From contig JAMQPJ010000419.1 of NCBI GenBank assembly GCA_023717585.1, positions 1 through 38,866 on the forward strand: 38,866 nucleotides of DNA, written 5' to 3'. The position numbers and the translations under genes were made by a program. This document shows positions 25,578-33,776 of the stretch, one piece after another. Below the pieces are notes generated by a model. That model saw only the letters and a program-made list of their open reading frames with translations. It ran no database searches and had not been told where the DNA came from. Each line of letters opens with the position of its first letter. Position 1 is the stretch's first letter. This DNA comes from Thermoanaerobaculia bacterium. GTDB lineage: Bacteria > Acidobacteriota > Thermoanaerobaculia > UBA5066.

Positions 25578-28429
25578 CGCGCCGCCTTCTGCCTTCCGCG
25601 CCGGGCGTCGTCCGGAAGCGGGACGACCCGGTCCGGCGGGAACGTGACGCGGAACCGGCTGCCGCACTCACGCCCCTCGCTTTCGGCGACGATCGTCCCG
25701 CCGTGCGCGAGCACGATGGCGCGCACGATCGCGAGACCGATTCCGAGGCCGCCGAAGCGCCGGTTCGCCGAGGTTTCCTCCTGCCGGAAACGGTCGAAGA
25801 CGACCGGAAGGAACTCCGGCTCGATGCCGTGCCCCTCGTCCTCGACGGCGATTTCCAGGCCTCCGCCCGGGACCCGGCGCCCGGTCACGCGCACTGTCCC
25901 CCCGGAGGGCGTGAACTTGACGCCGTTCGCGAGGAGATTCCAGAGCACCTGCTTGAGCCGCGCCGCGTCGCCCTCCACGCCGGGCAACGCCGGATCGAGC
26001 GCACAGCGAATCGTCACGCCCTTGCGCTTCGCGCCCGGACCCACGGCGTCGAGCGCCGCCGCGAGGATGTCGGGAATCGCCACCGGGCCGCGCCGAAGCT
26101 CCAGACCGAAGTTGTCGATCCGCGAGAGGTCGATCAGGTCGGCCAGCATCCGGCTCAGTGTATCGGCCTGACCCAGGATGGCCTGCAGCGCGCGGCGCGC
26201 TTCCGCGTCCTCGCGATGGGAGTCGAGCAGAACCTCGGCCCAACCCACGATTCCGGTCAGGGGCGTCCTGATCTCGTGGGAGAGGTTCGCGAGAAAATCG
26301 TCCTTCAGCCGGTTGCTCTTCTGCAGCTCCTCGATGAGGCGCGCGTTGCGCAGCGCGATGGCGGACTGCTCGGCGAGGAGCGCGAGCGTCTCTCCGTCTT
26401 CCGGCGTGAAGGCATCGCGTGCGATCGCCAGCACCTCGAGGACGCCGAGCCGATTGTCGCCGACACGGATCGGGACGGCCATCAGGGAATGCGCGTCCGG
26501 GTTCTCGACCGCGGACCGCCCGCGGGCGCGCGCGCCCGCATCCCAACCGGCCGCAAGGTCGTCGAAGCCCTCCACCTGCGTGAAGACGACACGGTTCTCG
26601 AGGAAGGCCCGCCCGGCGCACCTCAGGCGCGAAAGGGGATGCGGCGACGTCCCCGCCGTGCGCTGCGTCATGGCGCCCAGGCCGTCCGCGGCCGCGACGG
26701 ACAGGCTCGTGCCGTCGGGGTCGCACACCCACGCCACGCAGCCGTCGGCAGCCGGGAACGCGCGCGTCGTTTCCTCGACGACCGAGGTGAGGACGTCCGG
26801 CGCGTGGAGGCGAAAATTGAGGAGCTGCGTCGCCCGCGTGACCGCCTCGAGAATCCGCGTGCGGTTTTCCAGCGTGCCGACGAGCTCCGACAGCCGCAGC
26901 GCGAGGGCGGCTCGTTCGGCGAACGCGCCGATCGTGCGGGCGTCCGCGTCCGAGAAGGCACTCGGGCGCTCCGACTGCAGATCGAAAACGCCGACGACAC
27001 GCTCGTCGAGAATCAGGGGAACGACGAGCTCCGAGCGCGCCTCGGGCCAGCCCACCACGTAGTCCGGCTCGCTCCCCACCTCCGGCGCGTTCACGGTGCG
27101 CCCGGTCCGCGCGGCGCGCGGAATGAGACCGGGCGCGTCGAGGGGAATCACGGAGACGGGGTCGGCCGGCGACCACCACTTGCCGCGCCGGCCGATCTGC
27201 ACGAGCACGCCGCGGTCGTGGTCGGCGAGGAGGAGCGAGCAGGCCTCGTGGCCGAAGTGCTGCGCGAGGGCGTCGAGGATCCCATCGAGGAGGACGCGGC
27301 GGTCGGCCGTGCGCGTCAGGAGCGCGTGGGAGGCATCGGCCAGGCTTCGAGCCTCCCGCATCGCCTCGCGAACGGCGTCGGCCGAGCGGCGCTGCTCGAG
27401 CGCGACGCCCACGAAGTCCGCGAGCGACTGGAGCGTCTCGACGTCGTCGAACTCGATCCGGCGCGACGTGTCCCGGCTCGCGACGCTCATGACCCCGATC
27501 GTCTTCCCCGCCGATCGCATCGGAAACACTCCGAACGAACAGGCGCCGAGCTGCCGGAATCGTTCCTTCGAAGGCCCCTCCGGTTCCTCCTCGAGGTCGT
27601 TCACGATGAGCGGTTGCCCCGACTCGAGAACGCGGAACGAGACGGTCGGCCGTTCCGGCGTCAGGGGAACGAGACCGGAGAAATCGCCCGGATCGGTGCC
27701 GCCGTAGCCCCCGAGGCCGATGACCGCGTCCCCGTCCGGCGAGATGAGCGTGAAGACGCCGATGGGAAAGAGCAGGGTGTCGCGGAGACCGGAGAGGGCC
27801 GTTTCGACGACGTCGTTCACTGTCGTGGACCGCTGGACGGCGGAGGCGAGATCGAAGAGCACCGAGAGGCGATCGCGCTCCCTTCCGAGCTCTTCGACGA
27901 GCTCCGTCTGCTTGAGAGCCGCGGACAGGTGATGAACGGCCGATTCGAGAAACGCGACGTCGTCCGGCGCCCACGCGCGACACGCCCGGACCGTGGCCGC
28001 CGCGACGAAGCCCCGCAGGGTCCCGTCGATTCCGATGGGAACGGCGAGGACCGACTTCGTTCCGAGGCCGAGCAGCGCCTCCCGGATCTCACCCAAATCG
28101 GTGGACGCGGCCACGTCCTCGACCACCACGGGTTCGAACTGCCTCAGCTTCAGGGAGACCGCGGATTCGGAGAGGGGAACCGTCATCGGGAGGGACTCGA
28201 CGCCGTCGGCGGCCCAGGACGTGCGCACCACGAGACTCTCGCCGGGAGGGCCGGGGCCGAAGAGGAACAGCGTGAGGCGATCGACCTCCATGATGCGGCC
28301 GAGCTGCGCGACCGACCAGTCCAGAAACTCCTGGAGCTGGACGCCCTCGACGAGCGCGAGGGCGAACTCCGAGAGGAACCGGTCGCGAATGACGCCCGGA
28401 TCCACGACGCCGCGGTCGTCCTTGGTCAC
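25574..28429 (-). CDS. Cytoplasmic sensor histidine kinase with about four tandem GAF domains
   Basis: 951 aa with no TM segments. Repeated GAF-like blocks span about 700 aa. HisKA H-box FLANLSHEIRTPLTGIVGW. HATPase_c N-box NLLANGVKFT, G1 EDEGHGI, G2 GGLGIGLAIV. No receiver domain. GTG start at 28429 (alternative GTG at 28405). Confidence 0.9.
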   Translation of the reverse strand: MTKDDRGVVDPGVIRDRFLSEFALALVEGVQLQEFLDWSVAQLGRIMEVDRLTLFLFGPGPPGESLVVRTSWAADGVESLPMTVPLSESAVSLKLRQFEPVVVEDVAASTDLGEIREALLGLGTKSVLAVPIGIDGTLRGFVAAATVRACRAWAPDDVAFLESAVHHLSAALKQTELVEELGRERDRLSVLFDLASAVQRSTTVNDVVETALSGLRDTLLFPIGVFTLISPDGDAVIGLGGYGGTDPGDFSGLVPLTPERPTVSFRVLESGQPLIVNDLEEEPEGPSKERFRQLGACSFGVFPMRSAGKTIGVMSVASRDTSRRIEFDDVETLQSLADFVGVALEQRRSADAVREAMREARSLADASHALLTRTADRRVLLDGILDALAQHFGHEACSLLLADHDRGVLVQIGRRGKWWSPADPVSVIPLDAPGLIPRAARTGRTVNAPEVGSEPDYVVGWPEARSELVVPLILDERVVGVFDLQSERPSAFSDADARTIGAFAERAALALRLSELVGTLENRTRILEAVTRATQLLNFRLHAPDVLTSVVEETTRAFPAADGCVAWVCDPDGTSLSVAAADGLGAMTQRTAGTSPHPLSRLRCAGRAFLENRVVFTQVEGFDDLAAGWDAGARARGRSAVENPDAHSLMAVPIRVGDNRLGVLEVLAIARDAFTPEDGETLALLAEQSAIALRNARLIEELQKSNRLKDDFLANLSHEIRTPLTGIVGWAEVLLDSHREDAEARRALQAILGQADTLSRMLADLIDLSRIDNFGLELRRGPVAIPDILAAALDAVGPGAKRKGVTIRCALDPALPGVEGDAARLKQVLWNLLANGVKFTPSGGTVRVTGRRVPGGGLEIAVEDEGHGIEPEFLPVVFDRFRQEETSANRRFGGLGIGLAIVRAIVLAHGGTIVAESEGRECGSRFRVTFPPDRVVPLPDDARRGRQKAAR

Positions 28430-28454
28430 TGGAAACTCAGTTTATCCTCCCTGC

Positions 28455-31400
28455 ATGAACTTCGGCTTCTCGGATGAGGACCTTTTTCTCCCGCATCGTC
28501 TCCTCGACCTCGACGCCCTCTTTCGTGAACGGCTCTCGCGGGAGCACCCGCCGCTTGCGGCGCGCTTCGCGCGGTACCGCGCGCACGAGCCGTTCGCCCC
28601 GGCGGAGCGGTCGGCTCTCCTCGTCGAGGCCAGCCGATCGCTCGCTGGATTCGTCGCGGAGCTCTTCGGCGTTTCCGCCGAGCGCGACGCTGCGCGCGCG
28701 CACGCGAAGGACGAGGCCGTCCTCTTCAAGTTCCGGTTTTCCGTCTTCCAGAAGCGCACGGCCAGGAAGTTTCCCGATGCCGCGTCCGTCGCCTCCCTCG
28801 ACTCCGCCGCCGCCGAGGCGCTCGGAAGCGCCCTCGTCGACATTCTCTCGACCGGCGTCGACCCCGCCGACGAAGAAAAGCGCGTCGCCCGGGCTGGCTG
28901 GGATCTGTTCGACCTCGCGGGCTCCCTCGCGTCTCCCCGTTCCCGCGATGCGTCGTACACGCCCGAGGCCGCGCACGAACGTGTCGCCCTCCTGCGCACG
29001 CGGGCGGCGGGGACTCCCCTGCCCCTCCTCGCGGACGACGCCGCGCTCGTGAAGGAATGGGCGGAGGCCTTCGACAGGTACGTCGCGCTCCTGCGCTTCG
29101 CCGCGGAGCATCGCCCGCGCACGAAGTCCTGGGCGTCCTTCGCGATCGCGAGGCCGATGAAGTTCGACGCGCTCGTCGAGACGGAGCGCTCCCGGCCGGA
29201 GCTGCCCGAGGCGCGCTTCGGGCTGCCTTCGCACGCGCGGGCCCGCGACGGCTTCACCCTGACGGATCCCCGAAAGACGCAGCGCGCGGTCACCGGCGAG
29301 GTGCACTACTGCATCCTCTGCCACGAGCGCGAGAAGGACTCGTGCGCGACGGGTTTCACGCAGAAGGACGGCGGCATACGGCCGAACCCGCTCGGCGTGC
29401 CGCTCACCGGCTGCCCGCTCGACGAGAAGATCTCGGAGATGCACCTGCTGCGGCGCGAGGGCGATTCCCTCGGCGCGCTCGCGCTCGTCTGCATCGACAA
29501 CCCCATGGTCCCCGGCACGGGCCACCGCATCTGCAACGACTGCATGAAGGCCTGCATCTTCCAGACGCAGGATCCCGTCGACATTCCGCAGGCCGAGACG
29601 GGGGTCCTCACGGACGTCCTCGCGATGCCCTGGGGATTCGAGATCTGGTCGCTTCTCACGCGCTGGAACCCGCTCAACGCGTCCCGCCCGTACGCGCTCC
29701 CCTACAACGGCAAGAACGTCCTCGTCGTGGGGCTCGGCCCCGCCGGCTACACCCTCGCCCATCATCTCCTGAACGAGGGCTTCGGAGTCGTCGCGATCGA
29801 CGGCCTGAAGGTCGAGCCGCTCCCCGAGGAGCTCACCGGTACGGACGCGCGCGCGCCGAAGCTGATCCGCGACGCGAAGACGCTTTTCCGACGTCTCGAC
29901 GAGCGCGTCCTGACGGGCTTCGGAGGCGTCTCCGAGTACGGCATCACCGTGCGGTGGGACAAGAACTTCCTCGACATGCTCTACCTGAACCTCGCCCGGC
30001 GAAAGACGTTGCGCATCTACGGCGGCACGCGCTTCGGCGGCACGCTCACGCACGAGCAGGCCTTCGATCTCGGGTTCGACCACGTCGCGGTCGCGGCGGG
30101 CGCCGGAAAGCCCACGCTCGTGGAGATGAAGAACAACCTCATCCGCGGCGTGAGGAAGGCCTCCGACTTCCTGATGGCCCTCCAGCTCACGGGCGCCTTC
30201 AAGAAGGACGCGCTCGCGAACCTGCACATCGACCTGCCGATCCTCGTCATCGGCGGCGGCCTGACGGCGATCGACACCGCCACCGAATCGCAGGCCTATT
30301 ACCCGCTCCACGTCGAGAAGACGCTCCATCGATTCGCGGCGCTCGCCCGTACGAAGGGAGAGGCCGCGATTCTCGCCGGGCTCTCCGCCGAGGAACGCGC
30401 GCTGCTCGTCCGCCAGCTCGAGCACGGGCAGGCCGTCCGCGCGGAGCGCGTGCGCGCCGAGCGCGCCGGCGAGACGCCGGACTTCGCGAGGCTCGTGAAG
30501 CTCTGGGGGGGCTCGAACATCGCCTACCGGCGCTCGATGGAGGAGTCGCCCGCCTACCGCCTGAACCACGAGGAGATCATCAAGGCGCTCGAGGAGGGGA
30601 TCGGCTTCATCGAGAACGTCGATCCCGTGGAGGCGCTCGCCGACGAGTTCGGCGCGCTCACGGCCGTCGTCTTCAGGCGGAAGGACGGATCCACCGTCAC
30701 GCTGCCCTGCCGCACGCTCCTCGTCGCCGCCGGCACGTCGCCGAACATCACGTACGGCCGGGAGCGGCCCGGCAGCATCCCCCTCGACGCGAAGAAGAAG
30801 TTCTTCCGGCCGCACGTCGCCGAGAAGGACGGCGCGCGCTTCCGCCTCGTCCCGAAGGACGACGGCAAGGGGGCGTTCTTCACCGGCACCGAGTACGCGG
30901 GCAAGCTCCTCTCGTACTTCGGCGACAACCATCCGGCCTACGCCGGCTCGGTGGTGAAGGCGATGGCCTCGGCCCGCGACGGGACGCCCAGGATCCGGGA
31001 GCTTTTCGCGGATGCCCTGGGGGCCCTCGACACGGCGGCCGGCGCGCAGGCGGCCCGCGACGCCGCGTGGCATTCGTTCGGTGCGACGCTCGACGACCTC
31101 CTCGTTCCGCGCGTCGTGCGCGTCGACCGGCTCACGCCGACGATCGTGGAAATCGTCGTCAGGGCCCCGATGGCCGCGCGGAACTTCCGGCCCGGGCAGT
31201 TCTACCGGTTCCAGAACTACGAGGCCGAAGCCGCGCGCCTGCCGGGCCCGGACGGCGGTCCCTCCGCTCCGGCTCTCATCGAGCCGTGCGCGCTCACGGG
31301 AGCGTGGGTCGACAAGGAGAAGGGCCTCCTGTCGATGATCACCCTCGAGCTCGGTGTCTCGAGCCGGCTCTGTGCTTTGCTCCGGGAAGGCGAGAGGGTC

Positions 31401-32093
31401 GTCGTCATGGGTCCGACCGGGTCGCCGACCGAGCTCCCGGAGAACGAGACGGTTGTCCTGTGCGGCGGCGGGCTCGGGAACGCGGTCCTCTTCTCGATCG
31501 GGAAGGCGGCCCGGGAGCGCGGCAACCGGGTGCTCTACTTCGCCGGCTACAAGAAGGCCGAGGACTTCTACAAGCGCGAGGAGATCGAAGCCGCGGCCGA
31601 CGTCGTCGTCTGGGCCGTGGACGTCAGCCCGGTCATTCCGGCGACGCGGCCGTCGGATTTCACGTTTCTCGGCAACATCGTGGAGGCCATGCTCGCGTAC
31701 GCGGAGGGACGCCTCGGGAAGCCCTCGATTCCTCTCGCCGCGGCGTCGCATCTGATCGCGATCGGCTCGGACCGCATGATGGCAGCCGTGAGCGCCGCGC
31801 GACATGGGTCCCTGGCGCCGCACCTTTCCCCCCGACACGTGGGGATCGGGTCGATCAACTCGCCGATGCAGTGCATGATGAAAGAGGTCTGCGCCCAGTG
31901 CCTCCAGCGCCACGTGGACCCCGTCACGAAGAAGGAGTCGTTCGTCTTCTCGTGCTTCAACCAGGACCAGAAGCTCGACGAGATGGACTGGGAGAATCTG
32001 CGCGCGCGTCTTTCCCAGAACAGGCTCGAAGAGAAGCTCTCGAATCAGTGGCTCGAGAATTCCCTCGCGCGGGACGGCATGCGGCCGGTGTGA
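28455..32093 (+). CDS. Large multidomain iron-sulfur flavoprotein: unknown N-domain, Cys-rich Fe-S region, GltD/NfnB-like FAD/NAD(P) domains, PyrK/NfnA-like FAD/NAD and [2Fe-2S] module
   Basis: 1212 aa from ATG 28455. Eight Cys lie between residues 286 and 367 (HYCILCHEREKDSC, TGCP, LVCID, RICNDCMKAC). Rossmann motifs VLVVGLGPAGYTLA and ILVIGGGLTAIDTA. PyrK-like module RPGQFYRF, MGPTGSP, VLCGGGLGNA. C-terminal CMMKEVCAQC-x17-C cluster motif. The upstream part of the 1366-aa track ORF is the antisense shadow of the kinase gene. Confidence 0.85.
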   Translation: MNFGFSDEDLFLPHRLLDLDALFRERLSREHPPLAARFARYRAHEPFAPAERSALLVEASRSLAGFVAELFGVSAERDAARAHAKDEAVLFKFRFSVFQKRTARKFPDAASVASLDSAAAEALGSALVDILSTGVDPADEEKRVARAGWDLFDLAGSLASPRSRDASYTPEAAHERVALLRTRAAGTPLPLLADDAALVKEWAEAFDRYVALLRFAAEHRPRTKSWASFAIARPMKFDALVETERSRPELPEARFGLPSHARARDGFTLTDPRKTQRAVTGEVHYCILCHEREKDSCATGFTQKDGGIRPNPLGVPLTGCPLDEKISEMHLLRREGDSLGALALVCIDNPMVPGTGHRICNDCMKACIFQTQDPVDIPQAETGVLTDVLAMPWGFEIWSLLTRWNPLNASRPYALPYNGKNVLVVGLGPAGYTLAHHLLNEGFGVVAIDGLKVEPLPEELTGTDARAPKLIRDAKTLFRRLDERVLTGFGGVSEYGITVRWDKNFLDMLYLNLARRKTLRIYGGTRFGGTLTHEQAFDLGFDHVAVAAGAGKPTLVEMKNNLIRGVRKASDFLMALQLTGAFKKDALANLHIDLPILVIGGGLTAIDTATESQAYYPLHVEKTLHRFAALARTKGEAAILAGLSAEERALLVRQLEHGQAVRAERVRAERAGETPDFARLVKLWGGSNIAYRRSMEESPAYRLNHEEIIKALEEGIGFIENVDPVEALADEFGALTAVVFRRKDGSTVTLPCRTLLVAAGTSPNITYGRERPGSIPLDAKKKFFRPHVAEKDGARFRLVPKDDGKGAFFTGTEYAGKLLSYFGDNHPAYAGSVVKAMASARDGTPRIRELFADALGALDTAAGAQAARDAAWHSFGATLDDLLVPRVVRVDRLTPTIVEIVVRAPMAARNFRPGQFYRFQNYEAEAARLPGPDGGPSAPALIEPCALTGAWVDKEKGLLSMITLELGVSSRLCALLREGERVVVMGPTGSPTELPENETVVLCGGGLGNAVLFSIGKAARERGNRVLYFAGYKKAEDFYKREEIEAAADVVVWAVDVSPVIPATRPSDFTFLGNIVEAMLAYAEGRLGKPSIPLAAASHLIAIGSDRMMAAVSAARHGSLAPHLSPRHVGIGSINSPMQCMMKEVCAQCLQRHVDPVTKKESFVFSCFNQDQKLDEMDWENLRARLSQNRLEEKLSNQWLENSLARDGMRPV

Positions 32094-32097
32094 CGCG

Positions 32098-32128
32098 TCA
32101 GGGCGTCAGGCCTCAGGGCATCAGGGCG
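32098..32128. repeat. Short tandem repeat TCAGGGC(G), four copies with a 7-8 nt period, in the convergent gap between the flavoprotein and M23 peptidase genes
   Basis: TCAGG starts at 32098, 32106, 32113 and 32121, with a further TCAG at 32132. On the minus strand each unit reads (G)CCCTGA, so TGA stops occur in several frames. The copy at 32121-32123 is the M23 gene stop. Confidence 0.8.
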
Positions 32129-33044
32129 TCGTCAGAAGCGGGCTGAAGACGAGGTAGGGGTTCACGACGAGGGCGCGGCCTGCGGCGTCCTCGTCCCGGA
32201 AGATCGCGAAGTGGAGGTGCGGCCCGCCGATCACGCGGCCGGTCGAGCCCACGTCCCCGAGACGCTGTCCCCTCTCGACGTGATCCCCGGGCTTCAGCCC
32301 CTTCTCGTGGCGCGCGAGGTGCGCGTAGAAAAAGGTGTACTTCCCCGTTCCGTCCCTGAGATAGACCACCTTGCCGCCGCGCTTGTCGCGGCCCAGGCGT
32401 TCGATGTACCCGTCCGCGACGGCCACGACGGGTGTCCCGCGCGGAGCGGGCAGGTCGATCGCGTGATGTCTCTTGTGCTTGCCGCGCCTCGCGAGAAACG
32501 TGTCGCGGTACTTGCCACGGTCGAACGCCTCGAGCGGCAGCGGAAAGTCGGTCGCGAAGAGCTCGGCGAGCTCGTTCTCGGGGACCGACACGGGACGGCT
32601 GTTTTTCTTGCGCACGACGAAACCGGTGACCGTCTTCGCGAGGTTCTGCCAGAACGCGAGCTGGGCCGGGCTGGGGGAATCCTTCATCCCCTCGTCGACG
32701 GGAGCGAGGCCCCCTCCGTCCTCGGAGTCGTCCGGATCGTCGGGATCCTCCTCGGGGGCCTCGCTCCGGCGGGCGGCGATCGCGGCCGGCCTTCCCGACC
32801 GCGCGAGCCAGGCGAGATCCGCGGCGTCCGCCGAGGGATAGCAGCGGCCGTCCTCCGGGTCTCGCGCCGGGCAGGGCTCCGCGAGCGCGGGACGGCTGCC
32901 GGACGGCGGCTCGACCGCATCCCCCAGGGAGGCGTCCGGCCGGGCCTCGGCGATCATGGCGACGGGAGCCACCGGAGCCTCCTTCGACACGTCGACCGCA
33001 GCGCCGAGCGCTCCCCCCAGGGCGGCCGCGAGAAGAAGAATCAG
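32121..33044 (-). CDS. M23 family metallopeptidase (LytM-type), exported
   Basis: Catalytic motifs HHAIDLPAPRGTPV (HxxxD) and GGPHLHFAIF (HxH). The first canonical start, GTG 32990, leaves no signal peptide. The frame is open upstream. A CTG at 33044 forms a CTGA overlap with the efp stop and gives (M)ILLLAAALGGALGAAVD, a signal or anchor sequence. ATT at 33041 is an alternative start. Confidence 0.8.
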   Translation of the reverse strand: MILLLAAALGGALGAAVDVSKEAPVAPVAMIAEARPDASLGDAVEPPSGSRPALAEPCPARDPEDGRCYPSADAADLAWLARSGRPAAIAARRSEAPEEDPDDPDDSEDGGGLAPVDEGMKDSPSPAQLAFWQNLAKTVTGFVVRKKNSRPVSVPENELAELFATDFPLPLEAFDRGKYRDTFLARRGKHKRHHAIDLPAPRGTPVVAVADGYIERLGRDKRGGKVVYLRDGTGKYTFFYAHLARHEKGLKPGDHVERGQRLGDVGSTGRVIGGPHLHFAIFRDEDAAGRALVVNPYLVFSPLLTTP

Positions 33045-33601
33045 GAGACCCGCTCCAGATACTTGTCGTCGCGCGTGTCGATCTTGACGATCGTGCCCGC
33101 CTCGACGAACTGCGGCACCTGGACGACGAGCCCGGTCTCCAGCTTCGCGGGCTTGTACGAAGCCGACGCGGTCGCGCCCTTCATTCCGGGTTCCACTTCG
33201 ACGATCCGGAGATTCACCGTCGTCGGCAGCTCCACGGACACGGGGTTGCCGTCGTAGAAGTCGATCTCGATGACGGTCTCGGGCAGGAGGTACTTCATCG
33301 ACTCGCCCACGACCTCGTCGTCGAGACGGATCTGGTCGAAGGTCTCCTGGTTCATGAAGTGGTGCCCCTGGCCGTCCGAGTAGAGGTACTGCATCTGGTG
33401 CGTGTCGAGAGAGGCCTTTTCGACTTTGTCCTCGGACCGGAACCGGTGCTCGTTCATGGCGCCGGACTTCAGGTTTCGGAGCTTCGCCTGGACGAATCCC
33501 CGGAGGTTCCCGGGCGTCTTGTGGAGAACGCTGTGCGTCCGGTGCAGCTCGCCGTTGTAGACGATGATCATTCCGGGCCGGATGTCAGTTGCGGAAATCA
33601 T
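33041..33601 (-). CDS. efp: Translation elongation factor P
   Basis: 186 aa. Ungapped by-eye alignment to E. coli EF-P across the N-terminal domain. Conserved blocks: YLYSDGQGHHFMNQETFDQ, VELPTTVNLRIVEVEPGMKG, YKPAKLETGLVVQVPQFV. GGAG lies 5 nt before the ATG at 33601. Confidence 0.93.
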   Translation of the reverse strand: MISATDIRPGMIIVYNGELHRTHSVLHKTPGNLRGFVQAKLRNLKSGAMNEHRFRSEDKVEKASLDTHQMQYLYSDGQGHHFMNQETFDQIRLDDEVVGESMKYLLPETVIEIDFYDGNPVSVELPTTVNLRIVEVEPGMKGATASASYKPAKLETGLVVQVPQFVEAGTIVKIDTRDDKYLERVS

Positions 33602-33728
33602 TGATTCTCCAGGGTTTCATGGATTCCGCTCTGGCGCGCGTGACACTGTGGAGAAGCGTTCCCCCACCCTTTGCCGGACCCGTTGGCGGACATTGGAGCC
33701 TAACCCAGCCCTCACCGGAAAGACAAGC

Positions 33729-33752
33729 GGCCCGGGCCGTAAGGCCCGGGCC
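33729..33752 (-). terminator. Rho-independent terminator candidate after the Pal-like gene
   Basis: GGCCCGGGCC (33729-33738), loop GTAA, GGCCCGGGCC (33743-33752) form a perfect 10-bp GC stem. On the minus-strand transcript it is followed by GCUUGUCUUUCC, which is moderately U-rich. It lies 25 nt downstream of the stop at 33777. Confidence 0.6.
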
Positions 33753-33776
33753 AGGAAAGACGCCGGAGAACCCTTT

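Noticed and set aside
25668-32146. Very long ORFs in other frames over the kinase and flavoprotein genes (25668..27983, 25703..28477, 28437..31913, 29057..32146, 27993..28454 extension).
   Set aside because: They are compositionally biased shadow frames. The kinase and flavoprotein frames contain H-box, ATPase, Rossmann and Fe-S motifs, and the others contain none.
33585-33620. An 11-codon upstream ORF (MKPWRINDFRN) overlapping the efp SD and start codon, considered as a possible EF-P-sensing leader peptide.
   Set aside because: It has no SD of its own and contains no polyproline or other known stalling motif. With only this single sequence, there is no evidence that it is translated.
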